Shown here one piece after another: positions 10,107 through 18,700 of a stretch of DNA of 40,642 bases. Under the pieces are notes generated by a model. The model ran no database searches, was not told the origin of the DNA, and worked only from the letters and a program-made list of their open reading frames with translations. The position numbers and the translations under genes are program-made. Position 1 is the stretch's first letter. The number at the start of each line of letters is the position of its first letter. Source of the stretch: a virus (lineage: Duplodnaviria > Caudoviricetes); the IMG/VR virus record IMGVR_UViG_3300027619_000006, positions 1 through 40,642 of that record, one strand, 5' to 3'.

Positions 10107-10414
10107 ACTTTGTGGGGGGCCGAAATGGCCAGGAAACTGAACACTCACGGATAGACGGGGTGCCCTTGCTCTCGGGTGCTGCGCAGATGGAGACCGGCCA
10201 ACTAGGAGGCCGAAGCCAAATAGGTATGGAAGCCAGCAGGAAGCTGTCCGAGTCCCCCACAATTCAATTTGCCGCGCAGCAGGACGCCGCGCTCGTAATC
10301 GCGATGGCGCAGCAGTCCGCTGAGGACGCGGACATCATCACAGAGCTGCTCGACGCCGGGTGCTCTTTCGACGAGTGCCGCGCGGCGTTCTCGGATGGGA
10401 AGGTGGTCAACTGA
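10097..10414 (+). CDS. Hypothetical protein
   Basis: Coupled ORF in the early operon. Confidence 0.5.
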   Translation: MPIDFVGGRNGQETEHSRIDGVPLLSGAAQMETGQLGGRSQIGMEASRKLSESPTIQFAAQQDAALVIAMAQQSAEDADIITELLDAGCSFDECRAAFSDGKVVN

Positions 10415-10626
10415 TGGCCGAGCTGACGCTACCACCCATTTCCGGCATCGCCCGGCGCAAGCGCAAAGACGCCGGCATCCCGCGCCGATCCACACTCGAC
10501 GCCGTGTACGACACGTTCGCCGATCTGACTCCAGCGCAGCAGCGCGGCGTGTTGGAGATCCTCGGCGTGATTCACCGACAGGCCACGCGCAACGAACTTA
10601 CACCAAAAATCGAAGTTAAGGAGTAA
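10414..10626 (+). CDS. Small basic protein (RRKRKDAG motif), possibly DNA-binding
   Basis: TGATG overlap with the previous stop; basic cluster. Confidence 0.6.
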   Translation: MAELTLPPISGIARRKRKDAGIPRRSTLDAVYDTFADLTPAQQRGVLEILGVIHRQATRNELTPKIEVKE

Positions 10627-10627
10627 C

Positions 10628-11137
10628 GTGGAACAACTCAACGAGCAACTGACAATCGAAAGCGCGTCCATTGAAGAGTGGACACACCGGCGCACGAAGA
10701 AAGACGGACTGAAGGTAAACTTCACGGTATCCGCGATGTTACCAAGGTTACTCGCCGATCAACTCAAATGCGGCGGAATTTACGACAATGATACTAAGCG
10801 CGTGGACCTGACACACAAACTCAAAGACATCGAGCTTATCGTGCCAGTACCGGGCGTGGAGGGCGGACTAAGTTCATTCTTCCCCGATGTGTTCTACGCC
10901 TTTCACGCGCTCCGCGATGAGCAGCAATTCACCCTCGAATTCTCGGTGCATGTGACGGTGCGCGCGGAGGAACTGCACGAGATTCTCAAGGGACTGCCGG
11001 AAGTCATCACGCTGTCCTTGCGACCGCGCCAGGGGCAACTATTCGAGGGAGGCATCGCCGTGGATGGGGCGCATGATGCCCTGGTGGACGTGCGGCTGAC
11101 AGCCGCACTAGCGCGACGGCTCGCAAATGGCAAGTGA
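10628..11137 (+). CDS. Hypothetical protein with a C-terminal AHDALVDV motif
   Basis: AAGGAG RBS and GTG start. The tail resembles the ExoIII motif of DEDDh exonucleases. Confidence 0.65.
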   Translation: MEQLNEQLTIESASIEEWTHRRTKKDGLKVNFTVSAMLPRLLADQLKCGGIYDNDTKRVDLTHKLKDIELIVPVPGVEGGLSSFFPDVFYAFHALRDEQQFTLEFSVHVTVRAEELHEILKGLPEVITLSLRPRQGQLFEGGIAVDGAHDALVDVRLTAALARRLANGK

Positions 11138-11609
11138 TGTTCCGGGGTTCGTCATCCGCGGCGCGCCCCGCAGTAAAAAGAACTCGCCGCGCGTGGTGAA
11201 CATCGGTCCCATGTGCCGAGTGTGCGGCAAGCGCGGCGGGTTTCCGAAGGTGCTACCGTCCCAGGCTTATTGCGATTGGGAAGCCGACGCTATCAAGCAA
11301 TGCATGGGAATCAAGGTACATCTGCTAAACGCCGGCGTCGAGCTCCCTATCGTGCATCCCATCGGCGTCGAGGCGGTATTCTACTTAGCGCCCACCAAAG
11401 AGGGACTTATGCGCCTGGACTGCCCCGACTTATCCAACTTACTCGAAGCGGTTGGGGACATGTTACAAGAGGCCAGTATCATCAAGGACGACCGCCAGAT
11501 TTGCGACTGGGACGGCAGCCGCAGGTTACTCGGTGAACCGCGCGTCGAGATCTACATATCGATACTGGAGATGGTCTCAGTGCAGGAGCAGCTCATTGCC
11601 ACGCGCTAA
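11127..11609 (+). CDS. rusA: RusA-family Holliday junction resolvase
   Basis: GAPRSKKNS N-terminus; PDLSNLLEAVGDML...IIKDDRQI acidic catalytic pattern; EPRVEIYI C-terminal strand. Confidence 0.85.
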   Translation: MASDVPGFVIRGAPRSKKNSPRVVNIGPMCRVCGKRGGFPKVLPSQAYCDWEADAIKQCMGIKVHLLNAGVELPIVHPIGVEAVFYLAPTKEGLMRLDCPDLSNLLEAVGDMLQEASIIKDDRQICDWDGSRRLLGEPRVEIYISILEMVSVQEQLIATR

Positions 11610-11937
11610 AGGAACTCCCAATTCACGACTCAGTTGCGAGTGCGGACGCTGCTCGACGTGCAAGCACCGTGAGCGCGACCGACGCATCGCGGCCGGTTCC
11701 CACATGCCCGAGAAGCGAGAGCGGCCCGTTGCTGCGCCCGATCCACTAGCTAGGCCCCACGGAGGCTGGGGAAGTATGCAGGCGTGCGCACTCGGCGGCG
11801 TGATGTCTGAGGTGGCCCGCAAACAGGCGCCCCTGTTCGCGCGGCTGAACGAGCGCTTCGCGGCGCGGGTCGCTGAGGCGGTCCGGGACCATGTTCACAG
11901 CGATGTGAAAATGGTCGCGGGGGTGATCGGTGAGTAA
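11596..11937 (+). CDS. Hypothetical Cys-cluster protein (CECGRCSTC)
   Basis: TTG start after AGGAG; overlaps both neighbours. Confidence 0.5.
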   Translation: MPRAKGTPNSRLSCECGRCSTCKHRERDRRIAAGSHMPEKRERPVAAPDPLARPHGGWGSMQACALGGVMSEVARKQAPLFARLNERFAARVAEAVRDHVHSDVKMVAGVIGE

Positions 11938-12781
11938 GCCGCTCTGCATTGATCTCTTTGCGGGCTTGGGTGGCTGGTCTGAAGGATTCCTTTCTGAAGG
12001 CTGGGACGTGGTGGGATTCGACATCGTGCGTCACGTGTACGGCGAACAACGCTACCCCGCGCAACTCGTGATCCAAGACGTGGTCACGCTGGACGGCAAG
12101 CAATTCCGTAATGCCGATTGCATCGTAGCTTCCCCACCCTGCCAAGAATACTCGTACATGGCGATGCCGTGGAGTCGAGCGAAGCAGATTGAGGGGGCTC
12201 TGAGAGGAAAAGGTGCGTTTCCCGAAGGGTACGTCGGTTCACGCACCATCCTCGAACTGAAGGCCCTCTTTGACGCCTGCTTTCGAATCCAACGGGAGGC
12301 GGGCGAAGCGGCCGACAGATACATCCCGATGGTAGTCGAGAACGTAAAGGGTGCCCAACCGTGGATTGGCAGAGCGCAAGCAAACTTCGGAAGCTTCTAC
12401 TTTTGGGGCGATGTGGCGATGGTCGGTGGTCAGGTAGTCGCAGGGCGTCCGCAGTTTGGGCAAACAGTGAAGGCAGCGCGGCGAACTCGGAAACAGGCCG
12501 GCCGGAATTTCCACTTCCCCGAAAAGTACGGCATCCAGTCACCGTCATTCCACGGGGCAGAGCACGAAGAGAGCGTGGCGGCCGCCCTGGAACTAGCAGG
12601 ATCAAAGAATACCGGAGGCTCCTGGTTCGACGTGGCGCACAACACGGAATCAGGTACTGGGCAGAACCCAATTAACGACGTCAAGCAGAAAGGCTCTGAC
12701 TCTCGCAAGGCAGTAAGCGCCCAAATCGCGAAGATTCCCTTTCCTCTGGCGAGTTACATTGCACGGGTGTTCAAGCCATGA
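11930..12781 (+). CDS. DNA (cytosine-5) methyltransferase-like protein
   Basis: Motif I DLFAGLGG, catalytic motif IV SPPCQ, motif VI ENV. Confidence 0.85.
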   Translation: MSKPLCIDLFAGLGGWSEGFLSEGWDVVGFDIVRHVYGEQRYPAQLVIQDVVTLDGKQFRNADCIVASPPCQEYSYMAMPWSRAKQIEGALRGKGAFPEGYVGSRTILELKALFDACFRIQREAGEAADRYIPMVVENVKGAQPWIGRAQANFGSFYFWGDVAMVGGQVVAGRPQFGQTVKAARRTRKQAGRNFHFPEKYGIQSPSFHGAEHEESVAAALELAGSKNTGGSWFDVAHNTESGTGQNPINDVKQKGSDSRKAVSAQIAKIPFPLASYIARVFKP

Positions 12782-12924
12782 CGAACGCCGAGAAAGAGCG
12801 AACCTGCGCGCTGGCACGTGCGCTCGACCACATCGCGATTCCGCTGATCCTCGCCGGCGCCAGTCCGAACGAGGCTTACCGCGCGGCGCTGAAATCCCTT
12901 GATGCCGCGGCGAGAGCGCGGTAA
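12778..12924 (+). CDS. 48-aa hypothetical protein (MTNAEKERTCALARALDH...)
   Basis: ATGA overlap with the methyltransferase stop. Confidence 0.45.
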   Translation: MTNAEKERTCALARALDHIAIPLILAGASPNEAYRAALKSLDAAARAR

Positions 12925-12927
12925 AAT
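12899..12927 (+). promoter_or_regulatory. Sigma70-type promoter for the replication operon
   Basis: TTGATG-17 nt-TAAAAT. Confidence 0.65.
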
Positions 12928-12952
12928 GGATGCATCCACAAGGGATACGAAA

Positions 12953-13014
12953 ACCGGGGCAGCGGTTGCGGGCTGAACACCGCAACCCGCCCGGTCATCT
13001 CGTTCAGGAGATGA
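12953..13014 (+). promoter_or_regulatory. Structured leader: two hairpins with complementary loops (pseudoknot/kissing potential)
   Basis: Stem GGTTGCGG/CCGCAACC with loop GCTGAACA; stem TCATCTC/GAGATGA with loop GTTCAG. CTGAAC is the reverse complement of GTTCAG. Confidence 0.65.
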
Positions 13015-13015
13015 A

Positions 13016-13051
13016 ATGAATAAATTCAAATCACGTGAGGCTGCGCATTGA
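13016..13051 (+). CDS. Putative 11-aa leader peptide MNKFKSREAAH
   Basis: AGGAG 5 nt upstream. Its TGA overlaps the TTG start of the initiator (TTGA). Confidence 0.5.
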   Translation: MNKFKSREAAH

Positions 13052-13800
13052 AACGCGGCGGCCCGAACCATCCCAAAACCTTCGCCCTGGCTGAGGCTCT
13101 CGGTATCCGTCGAGCTCATGCCGTCGGCCTCCTGGAAATGCTCTTCCATTTCGCGGCTCAGTACGCGCCAGAGGGCGACATCGGTAAGTATTCGGACAAA
13201 CGCATAGCGGCCGCATTGGACTGGGGAGCATCGGTGTCCAAGCTGGTCGATGCACTCACCACTACCGGGTGGGTGGACCGGCACTCGGTCGCAAGGTTGG
13301 TGGTGCACGGGTGGAGCGAGCACGCCGATAAGACGGTACGACTGAGGCTCAACCGACTTGGGAAAACTCCGATTCAATCGAATCATGGAGATACGCCGGA
13401 AGTGATGCCCAAACGTCCTCATGATCAGATCATTGTGGGTGCTCTGCCTGAGCCTGTGCCATTGCCAGAGCCACTGCCTCTGCCCGCGATTCCGCGCGAA
13501 CTTCCACCTCCGCTGTCGCAGTCCGAATGGCCGCTAACAGCAGCAGAAATCCGGAAACACGATCCGGCTGTGGACGACTTTTTCATCTTGCGGCTGGTCC
13601 AGGCCACCATGCAGCACTGTATATCCGGTGGCGACATGGAGCCGATAGATGACGAGGACATGGCGGCGGCCGTGAAAGAGAGTTACGACAAGCACACCGG
13701 GAAAAACCGCCACGGACCCGGACTGCTGCTGAATCGAGTACCTCAGATCATGCTCACATGGGGAAAGGAAAACAAGAATGGCAAGTCACACGAGACGTAA
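13048..13800 (+). CDS. Phage replication initiator / replisome organiser
   Basis: N-terminal HPK...LAEALG...AVGLLEMLF...GWVD...VHGWSEH winged-helix-type pattern, followed by a Pro-rich linker (PEPVPLPEPLPLP). Confidence 0.7.
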   Translation: MKRGGPNHPKTFALAEALGIRRAHAVGLLEMLFHFAAQYAPEGDIGKYSDKRIAAALDWGASVSKLVDALTTTGWVDRHSVARLVVHGWSEHADKTVRLRLNRLGKTPIQSNHGDTPEVMPKRPHDQIIVGALPEPVPLPEPLPLPAIPRELPPPLSQSEWPLTAAEIRKHDPAVDDFFILRLVQATMQHCISGGDMEPIDDEDMAAAVKESYDKHTGKNRHGPGLLLNRVPQIMLTWGKENKNGKSHET

Positions 13801-14371
13801 AAATGAAGCTAGTGTCCAAGAGAAGCCGGCAATCGAACTTATCCAGGCGTTCTCTGCCTGCAGCAACTTTCCGAAAGACCGCGCTGGCGTCGAAGCGCTG
13901 GCGAATGCGTTGCAACGGTGGGCGCAGGAAACCGGAATCACGATGTCCGCGATCGTGGACGAATGCATGTCATCGAGTTCCTGGTGTCCTACGCCGTACG
14001 ATCTCCGCGGCGTGGCGCTCTCGATGCGCGACAAGATACGCCAGGCGAAAGAGGGCAACAAGCACGCGGAGTGGGAGCGCATATACGGACCCGCCGATCC
14101 GAATTGGTCCTCCGACCTAGTGGCGCAACTCATGCACCGTCACGGAAACAAAACGCAAAAACAGGCCCTCCGTGAGCAGACAATTCGCGATATGTTTTTT
14201 TACACCGAGGGCGACGGTCGTGGAATGGGAGACCGAGAATACTGGCAAGGTCCGCGCCGCGACGGGTTGCCGAGCGCCCGCGAATACAACCTGGCGAACC
14301 ATCGCGAACTGGTAGAGCGGATCCGGGCCGAAGGCGGCTGGCGCACAGAGCGCGAAAGGCAGGGAGCATGA
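13778..14371 (+). CDS. Putative helicase loader/inhibitor-type replication protein
   Basis: Position after the initiator; WCPTPYDLR resembles the FxPt.aei motif of such proteins. Confidence 0.5.
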   Translation: MASHTRRKNEASVQEKPAIELIQAFSACSNFPKDRAGVEALANALQRWAQETGITMSAIVDECMSSSSWCPTPYDLRGVALSMRDKIRQAKEGNKHAEWERIYGPADPNWSSDLVAQLMHRHGNKTQKQALREQTIRDMFFYTEGDGRGMGDREYWQGPRRDGLPSAREYNLANHRELVERIRAEGGWRTERERQGA

Positions 14372-15344
14372 GGGAGCGCGAGACCTACGAGACGTTCTGC
14401 CGCCGCTGCCTGGCGCGGTTCGAACGCCGGACGCTGGCCGAATCGCTCAAGGCGACCGAAGAGCACGAGCGTGAGTGCGGGAAAGCGAAGGTGAAATCGT
14501 GACGCGCGCTGAGTACGTCGCGCTGCACGGCGTCGAGCCGCACGACGAAGGCTACTGGGGGCCCGGTGGTGTCGACGTGGCTGGCCGGTGGGGCAACAAG
14601 GTCCACATGCAGCGCGGCTGCGATTATCACGTGAGTGGCGTTGACCACGGAGGCCCGGGCCAGGTGCGGAAGATTTCGCGGGGGCGGAAATCGCATCGCG
14701 GATATGCGAGTGGATCGGACGGAAAATTATGACACCAAGACGCTGGACTCGCGAGAATCCGCACAAAGTGCGTAACCGCTGGCGCCGCTGGTACGAGCGC
14801 CACCGTGAGGCTAAGAACGCCGCGAACCTGCGACGGTACCACGAGCGCGCCGCGATTCGCCGCGGCTGAACGGAGTAAAGCATGAAACGTCAAATGGCCA
14901 TCTGTGGCAAGTGCGGCAAGGCAGTCGAGCGCGGAGTGCCGTGCAAGCGATGCAAGCGCGAAGCGAGGAAAGCATGAGCGTGTATCGCCGGTACGTGCGC
15001 TACTGCCGCGAGATGGGAATCTGGTATCTCGACAAACCCCGCGCGGACGCATGCAAACTGCGCCGCAACCCGACATGTAGAGCGCACAAGCGCCGGCTGC
15101 GCGAAGCCAGGGGGCGCGGGTGAAGGCTCAACAGGTGAAAGCTGGCCAAGTTTGGCAGCGTCGCAACGGATCGCGGATCACAATCGAGCGCATTATCCCA
15201 GCCGGAACGCACGATGGATTTGTCGAATACTGGCTATCCACCGGCAGCCGTCCTCAGTTCCGGTCAATCCGCATCGAGAGACTGCGAAAAACCTGCGTGC
15301 TCTTCGCAAATGACGCGGTTTGCGGTAGGATAGCGGACAGATAG
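14368..15344 (+). other. Run of six coupled micro-ORFs (14368-14502, 14499-14732, 14729-14869, 14882-14977, 14974-15123, 15120-15344)
   Basis: Mostly joined by ATGA/GTGA overlaps. Two carry Zn-binding-like patterns (CRRC...HEREC; CGKC...CKRC) and others are very Arg-rich. Confidence 0.55.
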
Positions 15345-15350
15345 CGGACA
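15329..15350 (+). repeat. Tandem direct repeat GATAGCGGACA x2
   Basis: Exact 11-nt duplication immediately upstream of terS. Confidence 0.85.
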
Positions 15351-15352
15351 CT

Positions 15353-15670
15353 TTGCCAAAGCAGTTATTTCAACCCGGCACCCCCAAACCGCCGAATTCC
15401 GGCCGCAAGAAAGGCACTGGAAACAAGGCAACCATCGCCGCGCGTGTGGCTGAGCGCAACGCCGATCCGGCTGATGTGTTGATCGATCTCTACAGCGACC
15501 CGAAGGAAGATTCCGGCATCCGACTTCGCGCGGCCGCCGAGATCTTGCAATATATTCACCCGAAGAAACGCAGCATCGAGCAGCGCTTCGTGGATGGCGA
15601 GGGTAATGACCGCGAGTGGCTCGATCTTGCCAGCGTCCGCGCGTACATGCAAGCCATCCCCGATGCTTGA
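15353..15670 (+). CDS. terS: Terminase small subunit
   Basis: FQPGTPKPPNSGRKKGTGNK N-terminal motif, RLRAAAEILQYIHPK; directly upstream of terL. Confidence 0.75.
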   Translation: MPKQLFQPGTPKPPNSGRKKGTGNKATIAARVAERNADPADVLIDLYSDPKEDSGIRLRAAAEILQYIHPKKRSIEQRFVDGEGNDREWLDLASVRAYMQAIPDA

Positions 15671-17072
15671 CCCGGTAACCTTCCAGCACAAGTTCCTGCG
15701 CCGCCGCCTGTGGGACAAGCAACAGCAGATTTGTCGCGCGATCGCAAGCAAGCGTAGCGTCTCGATAAAAGGCTGCCACGGCTCAGGGAAGACCTTCGTC
15801 GTCTCGGGAATGGTGCCATACCAATGCACTGGAAACGATGAAATCGTCGTCCTCTGGATGGCACCGACGTTGCGCCAGGTCAAAACCGGGTGGGGCGAAG
15901 TGATCGAGGCAATCGATAAGTTGCCGTACCGCGTGCCGATCCCGACGACCACGCGATGGGAGATCTCGCCGAAGTGTTACGCGCAGGGCTTCAGCAGCGC
16001 GAAAGGTGTCAATGCTCAGGGCTACCACGGCAAGCGCGTCGTGATCATCATCGATGAGGCCATCGGAGTCGGCCCCGATGTGTACGATGCCATCGAGGGA
16101 ATCCGATCCGCCGGCGATGTGAGTGTGGTCAAGCTCTGCAATCCGACTGTGCCGAGCGGCCCAGTGTTCGATGATTTCGCGAAGTTCCGCGCAACTCCTG
16201 GTCACCAGTGCATCACGATCTCCGCATTCGACACACCGAACCTGCAAGGCTTGACGCTCGACGAGCTGCTAGCGCTGCCCGATGAGGCGCTGGACTACGC
16301 GCCCTTTCCGTGGCTCACCCGGCGCCGCTGGGTCAAGGAAATGTATTTCAAGTGGGGACCGCAGAATCCCCGCTTCCAATCGCGCGTGATGGGCGAATTC
16401 CCGACGCAGGGCCAGTGGGCAGTATTTTCGCTCGCCTGGATAGAGCGAGCCGACCGAGAACCCACGGAAGAGGAAATAAGGCGCTCTAAGGGCTGCCTTA
16501 TCCAGGTGGGTGTAGACGTTGCGGCGGGCGGCGACGACGAAACGGCGGCCTGTGCCCGCGTAAATGGCATAGTGCTGGACCGCGGCGCTTGGAGCGAGGC
16601 AGACCCGCGTGGGTCGCTGGTCGCCTGGTTGCACGCTTTGAAGCGCTTCGGCTATGCACTCGGGCCAGTGGTGGTAGACACGGTCGGCGTCGGCCACGGC
16701 ATCGCACTGCACTTGGCAGACCAGCGTTTCGACGTGCGCGGATTCAAGGCTGGCGCGGTCCCGATGGATTCCGAGCAGTTCCTGAACGCGAAAGCGGAAG
16801 CGTATTTCCGCCTGCGCGATTGCCACAAAATCGATTACGTTTCGCACATGCCAGGCGCGATCGATGAGGATGTCAAAGCGCAACTCTCGGCGGTCGAGTA
16901 CCGCGAGCTCTCACGCGGACAGATCCAGGTCGAGCCGAAGGAAGACGCGCGCAAACGTGGCATCGCATCGCCAGATCGCGCCGAGGCCGAGGTAATGGCG
17001 TTTTGCAAATGCGTGCCTCGCGAACAGGTCATTCAGATGGGTTCCGCGAGATACCAGATATCGCCGGTCTAA
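15663..17072 (+). CDS. terL: Terminase large subunit
   Basis: Walker A GCHGSGKT, Walker B IIIDEA, coupling motif CNP, RNase H-fold nuclease GVDVA...DDET...SPDRAEA. Confidence 0.95.
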   Translation: MLDPVTFQHKFLRRRLWDKQQQICRAIASKRSVSIKGCHGSGKTFVVSGMVPYQCTGNDEIVVLWMAPTLRQVKTGWGEVIEAIDKLPYRVPIPTTTRWEISPKCYAQGFSSAKGVNAQGYHGKRVVIIIDEAIGVGPDVYDAIEGIRSAGDVSVVKLCNPTVPSGPVFDDFAKFRATPGHQCITISAFDTPNLQGLTLDELLALPDEALDYAPFPWLTRRRWVKEMYFKWGPQNPRFQSRVMGEFPTQGQWAVFSLAWIERADREPTEEEIRRSKGCLIQVGVDVAAGGDDETAACARVNGIVLDRGAWSEADPRGSLVAWLHALKRFGYALGPVVVDTVGVGHGIALHLADQRFDVRGFKAGAVPMDSEQFLNAKAEAYFRLRDCHKIDYVSHMPGAIDEDVKAQLSAVEYRELSRGQIQVEPKEDARKRGIASPDRAEAEVMAFCKCVPREQVIQMGSARYQISPV

Positions 17073-17253
17073 CGGGACGAAGCACAGCTCGCTGGTCGCG
17101 TCGGCGGTGTGCGCCGGAGAAAAGACCAGACAGTATTAAATCTCCGGGGTTGATGCGCGCGAACCCGCGATTATATCGGCGCGCGTCTCGAGCGGTCAAA
17201 TGACAAAAACTTATAGCGGTATAACGCGTGGTACTTTTCCTGCAATGTGGCCA

Positions 17254-17283
17254 TTGCAATCTTGTAAGTGTTTAGGGCATTAT
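17254..17283 (+). promoter_or_regulatory. Promoter of the glycan operon (leaderless)
   Basis: TTGCAA-18 nt-CATTAT, with the ATG 7 nt downstream and no SD. Confidence 0.55.
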
Positions 17284-17290
17284 TGGACTC

Positions 17291-17458
17291 ATGAAATTAC
17301 TGAGCGTCATGATTTCCGACGACGCGTACATGGCGGCCAAAGTGGCGACAGCCAAATCGGGTCTGCTGTTGCGGCTGTGGGTTGAGCGAGCCGTGATAGC
17401 GCAAGCTGGCGTCGAGGAGCACGACCGCAAGCACGTCGATCGAAAGGCGGCGAAGTGA
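17291..17458 (+). CDS. 55-aa ribbon-helix-helix-like protein (MKLLSVMISDDAYMAAKVATAKSGLLLRLWVERAV...)
   Basis: N-terminal strand, then helix-G-helix pattern typical of RHH regulators. Not in the supplied ORF track (<60 aa). Confidence 0.55.
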   Translation: MKLLSVMISDDAYMAAKVATAKSGLLLRLWVERAVIAQAGVEEHDRKHVDRKAAK

Positions 17459-17634
17459 TGCCGTACGCATTTTACGCCGCACTGTTCGCCTTTCTGGTCG
17501 CCACGCTGATCGTGCCCGCCGGTGCGCAGATGATCGGGCGACTGATCGAGATGGCTGGCCAAGCGCTGCAACTGCATGGCGAGGGCTTGCAGGACGCGTA
17601 CGCGATCTACCGCGAGAGGTGGAAAACGCGATGA
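17458..17634 (+). CDS. 58-aa membrane-anchored protein
   Basis: TGATG coupling; hydrophobic N-terminus MPYAFYAALFAFLVATLIVPAGA. Confidence 0.55.
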   Translation: MPYAFYAALFAFLVATLIVPAGAQMIGRLIEMAGQALQLHGEGLQDAYAIYRERWKTR

Positions 17635-17840
17635 GCGAAACGGGACAAGCACCAGGCGAGCAGAAGTACCTGACTTACTCAACTGGGGCACTTAACAAGG
17701 CGGTGGAAATAGCGGTGTTCGCTGAGCGCGAGCGTTGCGCGAAGATTGCGGAGGAAATCACGGAGTGCAATTGCGAGCGTTGCCGCGGGGGCGCGCTCAT
17801 TAAGGCGCGCATCGCCGCAAAGATCAGGAGCGGCCAATGA
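17631..17840 (+). CDS. Hypothetical protein (AERERCAKIAE motif)
   Basis: ATGA coupling at both ends; a motif common in small phage proteins. Confidence 0.6.
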   Translation: MSETGQAPGEQKYLTYSTGALNKAVEIAVFAERERCAKIAEEITECNCERCRGGALIKARIAAKIRSGQ

Positions 17841-18700
17841 GCCAATCGACAGTGTGCGCGGTGATGCTGGTGAACGGGCGACCGGAGATGGTCAAGCGTG
17901 CGATTGCGAGCTTCCGCGCGCAGACTTACGAGCGCAAGCGACTGCTGATCTGGAACACTGGCGAGGAATGGCCGGTTTTGCGCGCTCAAGAGTACAAAGA
18001 CGCGATAGAAAAGTGGGGCATCTCTGAGCCTCGGCCGGATCGCGAAGCATTTCACGGAGCCACAATCGGCAAACTACGTAACGCGGCAAATAAATACGCG
18101 CTGGCTCACTACACCACCAGTGACACACGCGCCGATATCATCGCCCACTGGGACTCCGACGATGTTTCGCACCCGCGTCGTCTGGAAGAGCAAGTCGCGT
18201 TGCTGGAGGCGTCCGGCAAGATGTGCGTCGGGTACCGCGAGTTGCTGTTCTGGGACACGCGCAATTTCAACGCGCACATCAAAGGCGAATGGCAAACGCC
18301 CGCCCCCGGCTGCGAGAACCTCGGTGAAGCGTGGCTCTGCCGCAACCACCAGGCGAACTGGGCGGCGGGCGCGAGCCTACTATACAGGCGCGAGCTGTGG
18401 GAGCAGCAGCCCTTCGACGACGCGCCGCACGAGGATACACGGTGGATGCGGACGGAGCTGGTGAGCCGCGAGTGTCTGAGTGTGTCGAGTTCAGAAGGTC
18501 GAGCGGCGATGAAGTTCAGCGGTGCGACAGGGCAGTACGCCGGCATAAAGCCCGCTGAACCGTGTGAACCGCGCATGGTGTGCGGCATCCACGCCAGCAA
18601 CACCGAGGGCTACGACCGTGCGGTCATGCTGCGCAACCCCGACGTGTGGCGACGTGCACCCGAGTTTGACGCGTACTGCGAAAGGGCGATGAAGCTGTGA
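17837..18700 (+). CDS. Glycosyltransferase, GT2/GT-A fold
   Basis: RAIASFRAQTY, IGKLRN, IIAHWDSDD...HPRRLEEQV (DxD motif), later ED motif. Confidence 0.88.
   Translation: MSQSTVCAVMLVNGRPEMVKRAIASFRAQTYERKRLLIWNTGEEWPVLRAQEYKDAIEKWGISEPRPDREAFHGATIGKLRNAANKYALAHYTTSDTRADIIAHWDSDDVSHPRRLEEQVALLEASGKMCVGYRELLFWDTRNFNAHIKGEWQTPAPGCENLGEAWLCRNHQANWAAGASLLYRRELWEQQPFDDAPHEDTRWMRTELVSRECLSVSSSEGRAAMKFSGATGQYAGIKPAEPCEPRMVCGIHASNTEGYDRAVMLRNPDVWRRAPEFDAYCERAMKL

Noticed and set aside
13441-13490. Replication-origin iterons within rep
   Set aside because: The short TGCC-type repeats are explained by the PEPVPLPEPLPLP linker, and there is no AT-rich unwinding region nearby.
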